A stretch of DNA of 64,000 bases from assembly GCA_023920165.1 (NCBI GenBank), contig CP089274.1, forward strand, positions 1,240,001 to 1,304,000, read 5' to 3'. Made by a program: the position numbers and the translations under genes. A model generated the notes under the pieces. It saw only the letters and a program-made list of their open reading frames with translations, did no database searches and was not told the origin of the DNA. Positions within the stretch are counted from its first letter, which is position 1, and each line of letters opens with the position of its first letter. This document shows, piece after piece, positions 23,440 to 36,249 of this stretch. Source of the DNA: Curvularia clavata (Eukaryota).

Positions 23440-23779
23440 GTAAGTAAGACTGTGCTTTGCACATGGGGAATCGGAGTATGTAATTAATATGCGAATCCGC
23501 ACGTAACTTGCATTCTCGAACGCAATCTATCTCTGCAATCTCTTTACGAGTGCAGTACCCAATGCGTTTGGGTTACCGGATGCAGTATTCCATACTGCTT
23601 TTGAACGATGTCTGCTCGAAAGACCCTGACCATCCAATGCAACCAACGCCTTTCCATCCCATGTTTTGACAATGCCGCGCAAAACGCCTAGACAGGGCCA
23701 AATGCCCCAAAATGTGGGTGAGACATAACAAAACGCCAACAACTAAAACAGATATCAAAAACACATATGCCAAAGTAGT

Positions 23780-25369
23780 TCATCTAATGTCCAACTGGAA
23801 GGGCTTGAATTTAGCCCCAATAGTGTTGCATCGTGGACACGTCGGAGCGCGGCCGCGGTTATGTTCGCTGACTAGAACGTCGACACACTCCTGGCATAGA
23901 CCACAGATGCATTCAGAGCATGCATAACTATCGCGTAATATGGACAATTTCCGGCAGGCAGCGCAGTATATTTGAACAGGAAACAGGGAGCTGGGGGAAG
24001 AGTCAGACAGCCCTTGTGAAGGCATGTGGAAATTGTGGCCAGACATTGCTGACTCAATCGACGACTCGACAGAAGGAAAGGGTTGTAGATCCGACATTTC
24101 CGGTGGTGGAGGCGTCAAAGCATTGTTCAAGGGGGAAGCGGTATACGACTGGAGTTGTGAAGCAAAGCTGAAGGGTGGCATGGATGTTCGGCTCATAATG
24201 TGTGGAGAATGATTTGGTGATTGCGGCACCTGTCTGAGTTAGTGGGTGTGCGAAAGAGGAAGACATAATACTGAAAGACCTACTGGGGTCAGATCACGGC
24301 TATCTTCCTCGGTTGCTGAAGCAGCAGCGTCGATGAGGTCTTCCCACCGTTTGCCCATGATGGCAGCAGCCGTTGCAGGCTCGGCTGAATATGCCTTTCG
24401 GTCATAGCTCATCCTCCGGTTGTGATCCCTTGACTTCTGGCGCTCATGTTTTCCTCTGCGAGCATTCTGTCCTATGGATGGCTTACGCGGCCGGTTTAGC
24501 TTGAGAGAGTGAGCTCCTGGAGGCAGGGTAGACGAGCGCCCGGGAGGCGAGCGTGCGAGGGAAGATGGTAGGAGCTCTTGCTGTATAGACCCAGAAGTAT
24601 AGTATGGCTCTTCGGTATTTGCTGGTTGGTCGCCAGAGGTTGGAGCAAACCGCGCCCGGGGCCGGAAGTTCTTTGAGTCTGGGTCAGATGCTGCGTCCTG
24701 TTCAAAGAATGCGTCAGCCTCATGGTATGTAGAAGATCCTACAGCATAGCTCCTCACTGGATCTGAATCCCAGTCGTACTCGGCACGATGGTTGTGTAAC
24801 GAGGCTAGGGCCGCTGCAGCAGTCGCAGCAGGTAGCAATGACGGTCGGCGCGCCTCAGCTGGCGCTCGCACGGCATTAGCACTGAACTCAGGCTCGAAAA
24901 GGGGGGTGTGTTCATTGTTGCTGTAGTCGTACGTTTGCTGTACTGCTGGCGGCGCTGCGGGAGGGGGCGGTGCTCGTTCTTGCGGTGGTGTATTGACCAT
25001 CAACAGAAAACTCTCCTACAAGTAGACAAGTCGAGTCAGCACATGCCATAGCTAAGAGTTTTTTCCTCTGCCTTGTCGTGTCTTACCTCTGTCGCTGGAA
25101 GCTTTGATATGTAGTGTTCGGGATGAGCTCGTCGAATATGCTCTTGCATAGACCGAAAGCGCTTCTCCTACATAGTGTGTTAGCCGGCAGTTGGAGCTGG
25201 AGAGCTTCGAAGCTTGCTATGACGTGGGGTAGCTATCGTGGAGACTTACGCCGGTGCAGCGCTTTCGGCAAGCTGAGCTATCATGGTTGCGCAGTGGGCA
25301 GACGACGACATTGTTCTCGTCGCTGACGGAGAAAGAGCTCGTTAGTGGTGCTGCGCGCGAGGGAGGCAT
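23780..25369 (-). CDS. Uncharacterised fungal protein with an N-terminal C2H2-like zinc motif and a C-terminal RING-like Cys cluster
   Basis: Five exons (25250-25369, 25087-25167, 24758-25015, 24284-24697, 23780-24229) splice in frame to give CPLRNHDSSACRKRCTGEKRFRSMQEHIRRAHP, RWEDLIDAAASA and CAAC..CSEC.CGLCQEC..CPRC. Confidence 0.8.
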
Positions 25370-26575
25370 AGCTGCAAGCATTAACAGCAAAAGCTTCTGG
25401 GCGAAGCAAAATTGTGCAGGAAGCTCTACGGCGGGTGGGAGGAGCTCCGGACGGATGTCGCGCAGCTTCTAGCTTGTTGCAGCGATCAGAACAAAGCGCT
25501 GGATGGTAGCTCCGGCAGGTGAAGGAAGCTCTGAGCTGAGGTTGCTGGCCACAGCAGAGCGAGGGAAACTGGATGCGGGGCAGCCACAAAAGGCGGCGGG
25601 GCGTGCAAAAAAAGAGACCAGGTGAAAGCTTTACTCGTGGATGACGATTGAGCCATGCACCGGCTGCGCGGAGGGAGAGTGAATGGATTCGCGCTGCGGC
25701 TGTGGCTGTTTCTGTTGCGGCTGCTGGTGCTGCTGTAGCAAAGGCAGAGCTGTGTGTCGCCACGGGCAGCTCAACCAAGTGAGCAATCAGACGGCCGCCC
25801 GGGATTGTGCCTGGGACGAAGGAACCGGGCAGCTTGGAGAGAGCTTTGTGCTGCCCAATGACCTAGGGCTCCCATACAAAGTTGCGCGCTCCAATCAGAG
25901 GGCGCTGGTTTGGAGAGCGACTCATCATCGGCAGAAGCTTTCGCAGAAGGTCGAGTCCCGTGCGCGGCCATAGCTTCAAGCTCGTGAATGCGACTGGACC
26001 AATGCGCCCATCGTCAGCAAACCGCCGGCTATGGCGCGACAGACGTGAGAAGAATTTGCTGCTGCAACGCCGAGCTAGCTGCAGTGTCGGCCGGCAAGGC
26101 TGCAAATGGTGCAGCAATTGGTTGCATGGCCCAAGGCGAAGTCCGGCACAGCCTGGTCGGGCGGCGGGAAGAAACACGTGAGAAGAATAGGAAGGCAGGA
26201 AGAAAAAAAAATCCGATTTCTGCAAGGCGAATGACTTTCTTTTTTCCTCTTCAGCTGAATAGCCGGCGGGACCTTGTTAGAAGAAGAGACAGGTAGGTAG
26301 TAAATAGTGTTTGTGGTGGTCTTCGCGACTTTGCTTTCTAAATGTGGTTACACACGCCCTCGTGTGCACCTGCTCCTTCCTCCAGGCGCTCGTCTGCAGC
26401 TACCACATTCGCGTCCACCTTCCACCTGCACACCTAATCTCGCGCCCATGGCAGCTTGACACGGCGCTGCCGTGCCCTGCTTTCTGGTGCCGGTCCCCTC
26501 CATGACTTTCACTGTACCGCAGTCTGCATCGTGGTGCGCTTTGCGTCCTCTGCCCCATATTTCCCTTGTGCCACC

Positions 26576-27776
26576 ATGTCGCTTTCAGTTCAGTCTCTGA
26601 ACGGAGACACTTCGTTCCTCCTCACATTCGACCCACCCGCAGCCCCACTGTCGTCGCCAGGCCTGTTTCCCGGCTCTTTTACAATTCTGGTTGACCGTAA
26701 GTTGCAGTAGTCGTGCGTGTGGGCTAGTCCTGTCTGTTGCAGCATGTGATTCCACTGCATTTGGGACGTCAGCTGTTTGCCCCATGAGAACCCAGTGCTA
26801 ACCGCTTTTCTCGCCATCAGCCTGGCTCAACGGACCATCCATTATTCTAAACTCGGTCTTCTCTCATTCGGAGCAAAAGACAAAGCCGGCCATCTCGAGC
26901 CTCCGAGACCTTGACCGCGAGCCTGACCTTATCCTCATATCTCAAGACAAGCCAGACCATTGCCATGAAGCGACGCTGCGCCAATTACCACCCGACAGCG
27001 AGTCGACCATTCTAGCCATACCGTCTGCAGCCAAGAAGATCCGTTCATGGAAACACTTTCGTCCCGAGTCTGTACACGCTCTTCCACGATTTGCACAAGG
27101 AGACGACCAGTCCATCTATCGTATCATCTTGCCGCCGCCTTCGCCTCGAGGAACGTGTGGAGAAGTCACCGTGACCTGGATACCGGCCAAGCGGGATCTC
27201 TCCAAGGTGCACCATGCCATTGGAATAACCTACCGGCCCCCATGCACAGTTCTCTCGTCGCTCAGCCCAATGCACTACATTGATCTTCCCATGAGCCCGC
27301 CTCCATCGCCAGGAAGTCCGTTGACGATTGCGTCGTCGCCTCGTACCCTTGTGCCGTCGCCATTCAACAATCGCGAGAAGACTTTGTCTGTCCTCTATTC
27401 GCCCCATGGTGTGTCGTACGACGTGATCCGGCCATACGCAAGCTCCTATCTCGTCTCAGAATCAGCCCTACCTCTGACGGCGCTTCTTCATTCCTTCGAC
27501 TGCGTGGAAAACCCATGGTGGCTTGGCGGCAATATATCAGCGGGGTCTCCGGGCGGCACTGAGATTGCCAGGAGCCTGTATGCGAAAGCGTGGATCTCTG
27601 CCCACGACGCGGACAAAGACACTCGTGGATGGGCCGTCAAGTTGACGCAGATTGCACAGCATGCTGCTGAAGAGGTGAGGAAGATGCTGGACGAGGGTGT
27701 TGTGAGAAGGAAGCTGGCGAACACTCAAGTTATCACCTTGGGCCCCGGTGAAGACTATCGGATCGCTGCAGGCTGA
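26576..27776 (+). CDS. Metallo-beta-lactamase-fold protein with a degenerate metal motif
   Basis: LNGDTSFLL, ILVDPWL, ISQDKPDHCHEATL (in place of HxHxDH), YSPHG and WISAHD. Intron at 26697-26820. Confidence 0.8.
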
Positions 27777-29371
27777 GAGGCGTTGTCCATGTCGCGGAAG
27801 GCAGTTGTTGTGGTGTTTGAATCGGCACCCAAATGGTCATGGACAGGCAAAAGTCGGCTCATCAGCCACGTCGACCTACTAGATTCGGGGGAAGAATGAC
27901 CGAGGCGACGCCCGTGTTGTGCATGGGCTTGGCGCTCACGGGGATGAAGAAGGTTGGGGTGAGTTGTGGTGAGATACGTTGTCAGGCGTCCCGAGCATGG
28001 CACAAAACGAAGCGCGGATGTTTCGAGAGTCTAATCATTTCTTGGTGCTAGTCAACGGTTTCTTAACTTGGGTGTCGTAGGTAGCGATAGGCGATAAGGA
28101 CTAGTAGACTACGAGGCCAGAGATTGCGAGGCTTGTAGTACGTGGGCAGCATACTGACACAGGCCCATGTCGACGTGGAGATGGACCCTGACGCATGAAG
28201 CGCAGTGGGGGTTACACGTGCGCGTGCACGTGATGTTGTGCGCCCACTTGTACCCCCTTTGTCGGCCACGATGGTCTGCTACGACTTGGCTGTGTCGCAG
28301 CATGGCAGAAAGCGGCGACGATCACAGGCAGGAGCAGACGGCGAAAGGGCACTCTACTTGGAACCCGATGGAGGGAGGGAGGCAGGGCCGGACGAAAAGC
28401 ACAGCTATTATGGGCGTTACCCTGGAGATTGGGGCGTGGGGCTGAAGGGCAAGCTACCAGTTATTGCCGACGAGGCGCCAAAAGTGCGGCGCAGGTGGTG
28501 TGCATGCAAGACAGACACAGGTCGGAAGGGACGGATAAGCGGATGCAGCGCAGTGTGGACAAGACAAGACAAGAAGAGACCGTGTCAAACCAAGCCAAAC
28601 ACCGAACAGTCTCTCTCCTGACGGCGTATGTGCGTGTGTGCTGAGGGCCTTCACAAATAGGCTGCCCTGTGCGAGAGCCACACAATGACGCCGCACCCGC
28701 ACGTCTGGGACTATTGGTGTGGCTGGAGGACGCCGCCTGTTCTTAATTCAGACGCGCAATCTCCCCGTACGACGGGCCTGGCAGCGCGCGTACGTGCTGA
28801 CGTGCAGTCGGCATCGCAAGCAACAAGTCGAGCAGCGAACCGCCAGCACAAGGTAATTGGATGGGGGCTGCATGCTGCATCGGAGGGAGCACCTTTGCAC
28901 AGCCAGGTGAGGCCAGGGGAGGGCAGCTTGGAACTGGCCGGCGGCGCCATGTAATCAGAATCAGGCACTGTCCAGGCGCCAAGCCTAGCGCAAGACGGAA
29001 GTCGGGTCATGGCGAGGAGCGCTGACGGCCGCAGAGCTGCCAACTATTCGAGCATCACTTCACTCCCGCCGGCCTCGACTCCTGGACCACGACTGCATTC
29101 CACCACGCTCGCCCATTCTTGTCGACCCCATTCCCCTCTGCCCTCGACATCCGCCCGCACACGCCCAGCCCACAGAGCGCAACAGAGCTTGCCATTGTCC
29201 TTTCCCCCTTTGGACCGCTCTGCTCCGGCACGGTGCCTGCTCTTCGCACCGCCTGCGCCACGCTACGCAATTCCCTCCCCCAGCACGGCGCGCCCACCCA
29301 CAGCATACACACTGGCTTCTCACGCTCCATCACCCTCTCCGACGCAGCGCTCGGCCAAGCCTGCTTCTTTG

Positions 29372-32273
29372 ATGAGCGTCACCATCCATGAGTCGCAGAT
29401 GATGCCCGCCTATGCCTCCGACTCCAACGGCCGTTCGTCCTTTGCCCACGCACAAACCACCTCGTCCACACCAGCCACCGACAGCCGCGACTCCCTCACC
29501 AATGGCAACCCCCCAGCCATGAATGGAAAGCTCACCAATGGCCTGCACATGATGCAGTCGCTGCCAAATGGACGTCCCACCAGGCCCGAAACCATCGACA
29601 AGCGCTTGTCGCACGACGACGGCCCTTCTACCCGGTCCCGGAATGACCTTGATGCCGACAGCACAAACAAGTCGCCCGACACCCACCGATGGTCGAGTGA
29701 GCGCCCGAGCAGAGACGACGGCTACTTCGCCTCGGTACACAGCACAAAGACCAAGGACCGACTGTGTGGTAGCACCACTCATGTCGAAATGGGCCAAATC
29801 GACGCACTAGATGGCACAAGAGAAGCGAGCAAGGACTTCCAGGTCCCGCACCTAAGCACAGTCTCCAACCCTCCTACTTCGTCATCGCCTCAGTCCCTGG
29901 CCGACGATGGCACGCCCAACCTCCACATCCCAACAAACCAAGCCCATCGCGTCTCCTCCCCACCCACCTTCAACCACAACGCCCCCGGTCCCTCACAGCA
30001 TCCCTACCGCTTGCAACAGCGCCACACGCTCGAGGTGCCCAAGCCGCAGCCTTCGCGCCCTCGCGACTCCCAGAATAACACTGACGACGTCGTCAGCGCA
30101 AGCGGTCGTTTCTCACCCAGCACCCCCCACAGGCGTAGAGGTTCCATGTCGCTCGTGCGTAGGAACACACGGTCCATCAACTCGGACATGCCTCCCGAAG
30201 ACGTGCCTCAAGACGATGAAGCCGCGCGCTGGGCTGAACATATCCGCCAGAAGCGAGCCAGCAAGAGGAAGCGCAAGGAGGATGAGGACGAAGATCGCGT
30301 CGTAGTAGGAACAAAGGTGGACCAGAACCACGTGAACTGGGTCACAGCCTACAACATGTTGACAGGTATCCGCTTCACCGTCTCGAGAACAAACGCCAAG
30401 ATGGACCGAGAACTCACCGATGCCGACTTCGACGCGAAGCACAAGTTCTCGTTTGACATGTATGCTGCTACCCTACTCTCTCTTGAGTCCGTGCCAAAAT
30501 ACTGACACTTCTCCCAGAACCGGTAACGAGCTCACACCTTCCGCAAAGTACGACTTCAAGTTCAAGGACTACGCGCCATGGGTCTTCCGTCACCTTCGCA
30601 CTATTTTCAAGCTCGACCCTGCCGACTACCTTGTATCGCTAACCAGCAAGTACATCCTTTCCGAGCTCGGCTCGCCCGGAAAGAGTGGCAGCTTTTTCTA
30701 TTTCTCCAGGGACTACAAGTACATCATCAAGACTATTCACCATGCCGAACACAAGTTCCTTCGTAAGATACTGAAGGACTACTACAACCACGTACAAGAA
30801 AACCCAAACACGCTTCTTTCCCAGTTTTACGGCCTCCACCGCGTTAAGATACCCTATGGACGTAAGATCCATTTTGTCGTCATGAACAACCTGTTTCCCC
30901 CGCATAGAGATATTCACCGCACATTTGATTTGAAGGGTTCAACAATTGGCCGAGATTTCAAGGAAGAAAACCTGGCGACCAATCCCCGCGCAACACTCAA
31001 GGACCTGAATTGGTTGCGTCGAGACCAGCACTTAGAGCTGGGGCCGATCAAGAAGAAGATGTTCATTGAGCAGATGCAGAAAGACGTGAAGCTCTTACAG
31101 CGTCTGCACATCATGGATTACTCGCTTCTCATTGGTATCCATGATCTGGAAAAGGGTAACGAAGAGAACTTGCGAGACAAGACACTCAAGGTCTTTTCGC
31201 CTGGAGGTGAGGAGTCCCCTGACCAGCCACCTAACCAGCTCATGCGCACGCCGTCCAAGCTTGAGAATGCGCGCAAAGCACGCGAACTAAGGCAGATGGT
31301 CAAGACACAAAAGCCGGTACCCATGGGCCAAACCTCGAGTAAGATGCCCGATGAGCTAGAGGACCCCAACCGGGACTTTTATTTCTACTCCGACGATGGT
31401 GGTTTCCGGGCAACTCACGAGGATAACGCGCCTGGAGAAGAGATCTACTACCTGGGTATCATTGACTGTCTGACTCATGTAAGTTTGCTATGCTTATCCC
31501 CTTCAGTTAACTGTTAACTGATTCTCTTTTAGTACTCATTCATCAAGCGCATGGAGCACTTCTTCAAGGGCATTGCCAACACCGAGTCGCAAATATCTGC
31601 CATTCCTCCTGAACGATACGGCGATCGTTTCGTCAAGTTCATCAGCGCCGTTACTAAAACCAAGGAAGCGGCTGAGCGCGAAAAGCAAGAGCAAATGGCA
31701 AACCAGCTCAACGATCTCTCTCTTGAGGGCGTCAACGCAACCTCTAACCAACGATTGTCAACGGAGCGTGTCATTGAGAAGGCAGAGCACCAGGCTGATC
31801 GTTCACGAAGACACGGTCATACTGAAGAAGATGTACCTAATTTCCACATGAGGGCAGTACGCAGCCCGTCGGCAGAGAGAGGGGAGATAGGCACTACACT
31901 TCCTGTGGTTGAAGAAGCCGGTGAGTCTTCGAGTGTTGGCGGACATAGCAACCGCAGCGCAACAGACAACGCCGCTACCGCGAACGAGCACGCATCACAG
32001 CCTACCGGCGCGCCCCATCTTGGCCCACCACAAATCCAATCGAGGGCTCGATCAAAGTCAAGGGAAAGGGACCAGTCGCTGGGAAGGGCGCCGCCGACAC
32101 CACCCAAGGAATCTGGTCGTCCTCCTACCCCGCCAAAAGATGATTACATGTCTAACAGGCACTCTGGTCCTCCTACGCCTCCCAAGGAAGACAAGGGCAG
32201 AGGCATTCCCAGATCGTCACTGGACAAGGACCTACCACGAACGCCTCTTGAGACAACGATCCGTGTCAACTAA
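29372..32273 (+). CDS. MSS4: Phosphatidylinositol-4-phosphate 5-kinase
   Basis: [50 protein letters not shown] and YYLGIID. Introns at 30460-30517 and 31479-31532. The start could instead be the in-frame ATG at 29009. Confidence 0.95.
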
Positions 32274-33369
32274 AGGCATCCAGAATGTGTCTCGCCGAAT
32301 GTCAACCATGTCTCTTTTCCTTATGTTAAAAACCCCATCCAAACACACAGAAAGCTTGGTTTTTTTTGTTTGTATATCCCCACTTGACCACTGGTCTTTA
32401 AGGACCAGACCTTTTTTTTCTACAGCTCTCCTCGGTTTTCAACCCCTCGATATAAATATCTGTCCCTCTCTCTCTCTCTCTTGCGTCGCGAATGCATGAT
32501 ACCATGAGTAGCTTTCCCCCAGCAATCGCCACAACTATCCTACCATTACATATACTTGTTTTAGCATTAGGGCGCGCGGGAATTTGTGCTCTTTCTAAAT
32601 AAATCATCTTTTTTTTTGGCCTTCTCTTTTTCCTTTGTTCTTCTCGATTACAAACTGTTGGATCATGGAATGGAAGGGTTTTGGGAAACGGGATGCTCTT
32701 TTATCGCACGGGGAGAGGATGAAAGGGGTAAAAGTAAATGAGCCATCAGCTGGTCTTTTTTTCTTTTTACCTCTCCCCTCTCTCTGTTTTTCTTTTGTTT
32801 TTCTTTCTTTTTCTGGTTTCCTGCTTTCGACTGTTTGAGACCACTCGGTCGGACTCATTGTATGAGTTCCGCACCGTGTGTGTACGCGTGTCGTGTCGTG
32901 GATCGAGTGTGGTCGCAGGAGAAATGGTAATGCTAGGTGGATACTGCTGCCGCCTTTTCTCTCCATGTTTTCTATAGAATATGTGCCTGGGCTTGAGCGT
33001 GTTTGAGCAATGGAAGCGGGATGTGGGCAGTGTAATAGTCGGCGAGCAGAAAAGGTGTTGGGCAGTGTTGCGAACAGCAGACAAACTGATGGAAGGAGAG
33101 GGGGAGGTACGTGCTGTAGTGGTAGTTGGGCATTATATGGTAGATAGATGGCAAGCGAAATTCCAATGCATATATAATTCACAACATTCTTCCTCATTGC
33201 TTCGACTGATGCCACGCATTCACAGTTGACAAACAGAATGACAAGTACTTATTCGTGTCTCTTTGCATTATTCAGAAGATTCGAAGCCGAAAAGGCCTGC
33301 GTCTATCTTTCATAGTGTACATCAACTACCACTTGTATGCTCCCTCCATACACACACTTCTCAATGCGC

Positions 33370-34734
33370 TTACTTGTAGAAATCAAACTTGTCTGCCTCT
33401 GTTGCGCCCTTGACCTGGCTCGTGTACGCCTCCTCGAGATCGCTCTGGATAATGTTGTATCTGTTCTTGCGCACAGCTCTCAGACCCGCCTCTTGCATGA
33501 TGGCGGCAATAATGGCACCAGAGAGCGGGTCGTTGCGCACAATCAAGCTGTCGAGATCTACCTCGGGCGACAAGCTCATCTTGCCAGCAATGGTGGAGAA
33601 GATGAGGCGACGCTCACGACGATCTCGCAGCGAAGGGAACTCAATCTTCCTGTCAAGACGACCGGGTCGAAGAAGCGCGGGATCTAGAGTATCGGCACGA
33701 TTCGTAGCCATGATGACCTTGACGTTGGACGTCTGGTCGAAACCGTCCATTTGGTTGAGCAGTTCGAGGAGAATACGCTGAACCTCTCGATCCGCACCCG
33801 TTTGCGCGTCGAAACGCTTGGTAGCGATAGCATCAATCTCGTCGATGAAGATGATTGAAGGGGAGTTCTCTCGTGCCATTCGGAACACATCGCGGACCAT
33901 ACGTGGACCCTCACCGAGGTATTTTTGCACAAATTCAGAGCCGACTACACGAATAAAGGATGCGGTTGTGCTGTTCGCGACAGCCTTGACTAGCATGGTC
34001 TTTCCGGTACCTGGAGGACCGTAGAGCAGCACACCACGGGGTGGGTCGATACCGATCTGCTTGTACAGGTCAAAGTGTGTGAGAGGCAGCTCGACAGCTT
34101 CCCGGATCTCCTGCTTCTGCATGTCCAAACCTCCAACATCGGCGTATGTAATATCTGGCTTCTCGTCCTGACCCAGCATGGCAATCGAGGAATCGGCCTC
34201 GGGTGGTAGAATGTCAACAAGGGCATTCGAGTGGCGGTGGAGGGCGACGGAGGAGGATGGCTTGAGCAGTTCGCGGTCGAGGGTGGAGAGGATGCGGACG
34301 ACATAGTTGGAGCCGGTTGATGATTGAACGATGCCGGTGCTGTGCATGTTAGCCTCGTGACGCAAGCGGTGATATGCGGAGGGCTTACTTCTGATCAATC
34401 GCCTCCATGAACTGCCCTATGACCAGTGGCACGCTCTGAATGCGCTTGATCTCCTCTTGTGCTCTCACCAGCTCGCGCTTCAGACTCCGCTGCTCATCTT
34501 TGATGTACTCTTCCTGAAGGTGGATGTATCTGAGACGGTTAGCCACTTGTCGATCAGACACGGAGCACAGCCTACGCACTCTAATTGCCGTTGTAGCTTC
34601 TTGAAGGTGGAGTAGTCATCGTTTCCTTCGGTTGAGAAGCCCTCGAGGGTATCAAAGTTTGGTATCGATGACGGGAGCTGCTTCTTGTGCGGCGGGACTG
34701 TGTTGGCTGGGTTCTCGACGGCGGCGTCAGCCAT
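33370..34734 (-). CDS. RPT3: 26S proteasome AAA-ATPase Rpt3 (subunit 6B)
   Basis: [11 protein letters not shown], Walker A GPPGTGKT, Walker B IFIDEID and a C-terminal HbYX motif (FYK). Introns at 34530-34579 and 34340-34388. Confidence 0.97.
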
Positions 34735-36249
34735 AGTAATGGTTGCTCGGTAGTATTGACGTAGGTGGGGGCTGGGTGTTAACGGGTCAGTAGTGACGGG
34801 CTGTGGCAACTGGTGATTTTACGTGTTGGGATATGGGTGAGGTGGTGCTTGTCTGTCGCAATGTTGATGAAGCTCATGGAAGGCGCGAGTGGTCGGGGGA
34901 TGGAGGCGATGCCGCCGACGTCACGTGAGAGGCATCTTCTTACAGCACCCAGCCCAGTTGCTACTACAGACAACACACATGGCAAGGGGAGGCAAAAAGC
35001 AACTGTGGGATAACTCGAGCTACGCGCTGCATGACGCAGCCGGAGCCTGCAGACTGTGTAATCACCATACATGACAGCTCAGGATTGGCGCACCCGCAGA
35101 CTCGGGCGTATCAGGCATGCTACTGTAGATGAATGGTCGTGGACCCTGGTCGACTTCTCAAAGCACCGAAGCAGCCCATGGAGGAGTGGCATGGCGGGGG
35201 GAGCGACCAGGGAATTGCGGTGTGGCCCTCTCTCGTACTAGACGAAGCCCATGGTCGAGCACGATACGTGCTCGGGCGGCGCGCGCTTCCGAGATGAGAG
35301 CCCCCCAGGCCGGGGATCAGCCGGAGCATCCAGCGTGGGCCAGATGGGATTTTGAGAATTGGGGGCGAGAGAAATGCAGTGTCCAGGACGTCCAAAGCAG
35401 CCAAAGGGACGAGGCGTGGCGCCGGGTCCTGGGCCAGACATTGGGCTGGCCGAGCATGCACGCGGTCTGGATGGTGCCCACTCTCGACGCCCAGCGGTGG
35501 AAGAACAGGCCCAGTGCAGGAACAAGGTGATGTAATAAGTGGAGAGAAAGGTGTTTCCGTGTCACGACGGCCAAAAGACGCGGAGAATTCCAATTGAGTT
35601 AGGCCTAGGCTTGCTCGCTGCCGGAACGCAGGCACTCGACTGGCCTGTCGTCGCGGCGACACGCGAACGCGTCTTCCTGCTTGCTCCGGGGATGACAGGA
35701 CGTGGCTGGCGGTTGAATCTGCACGGCTTTTGCGCCCTGTCTTTGTTGTCTTGCTCTCTGTCTCTGTTCTGGCGTCGCCGTCGAAGGCTGCCCGGCCTGC
35801 CATGCTCGATGAGGCTAGACGGCTTTGCTTGGCAACAGCGCCCTTCTCGCTCCACGTCCGCTCCTCAGCACCGCAGTCCGCAAAGCGCGTCTGCGCTACG
35901 TGAACATCTCGACCGCACCCGGAGCCACCCCATTTCCGCCCTGCCCTGATGAAAGCTTCATCCTAGTGTCACTTTTCCATTGCCACTCCGTGCGTTTGCT
36001 CCTCTCCCCCAGCCGCCCGCTCGGCTGCGTGCCTGTTCCGGCTGGCCTGTCGTCTCAACGCCTGCTGCTAGCACAGGCGCGTCGTCCATCTTACCATCAA
36101 CTTGCGTGCTGACGGCTTGCTTGCCAGGTGCATCCCAATCTCCCTTACGTGCGCACATCCACACTCCCTCGTCGCCTGTCGCACCCTATACGCGCCTTTC
36201 ACTCGTTTCCGCCGCGGCCCACTCCCGTTCGCGGTAGTCGCGCACCACC

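Noticed and set aside
32604..33215. 203-aa - strand ORF downstream of RPT3
   Set aside because: Translates simple-sequence UTR tracts; no domain signal.
35120..35803. 227-aa - strand ORF in the RPT3-SWI1 spacer
   Set aside because: GC-rich promoter DNA with overlapping ORFs in several frames and no protein-like motif.
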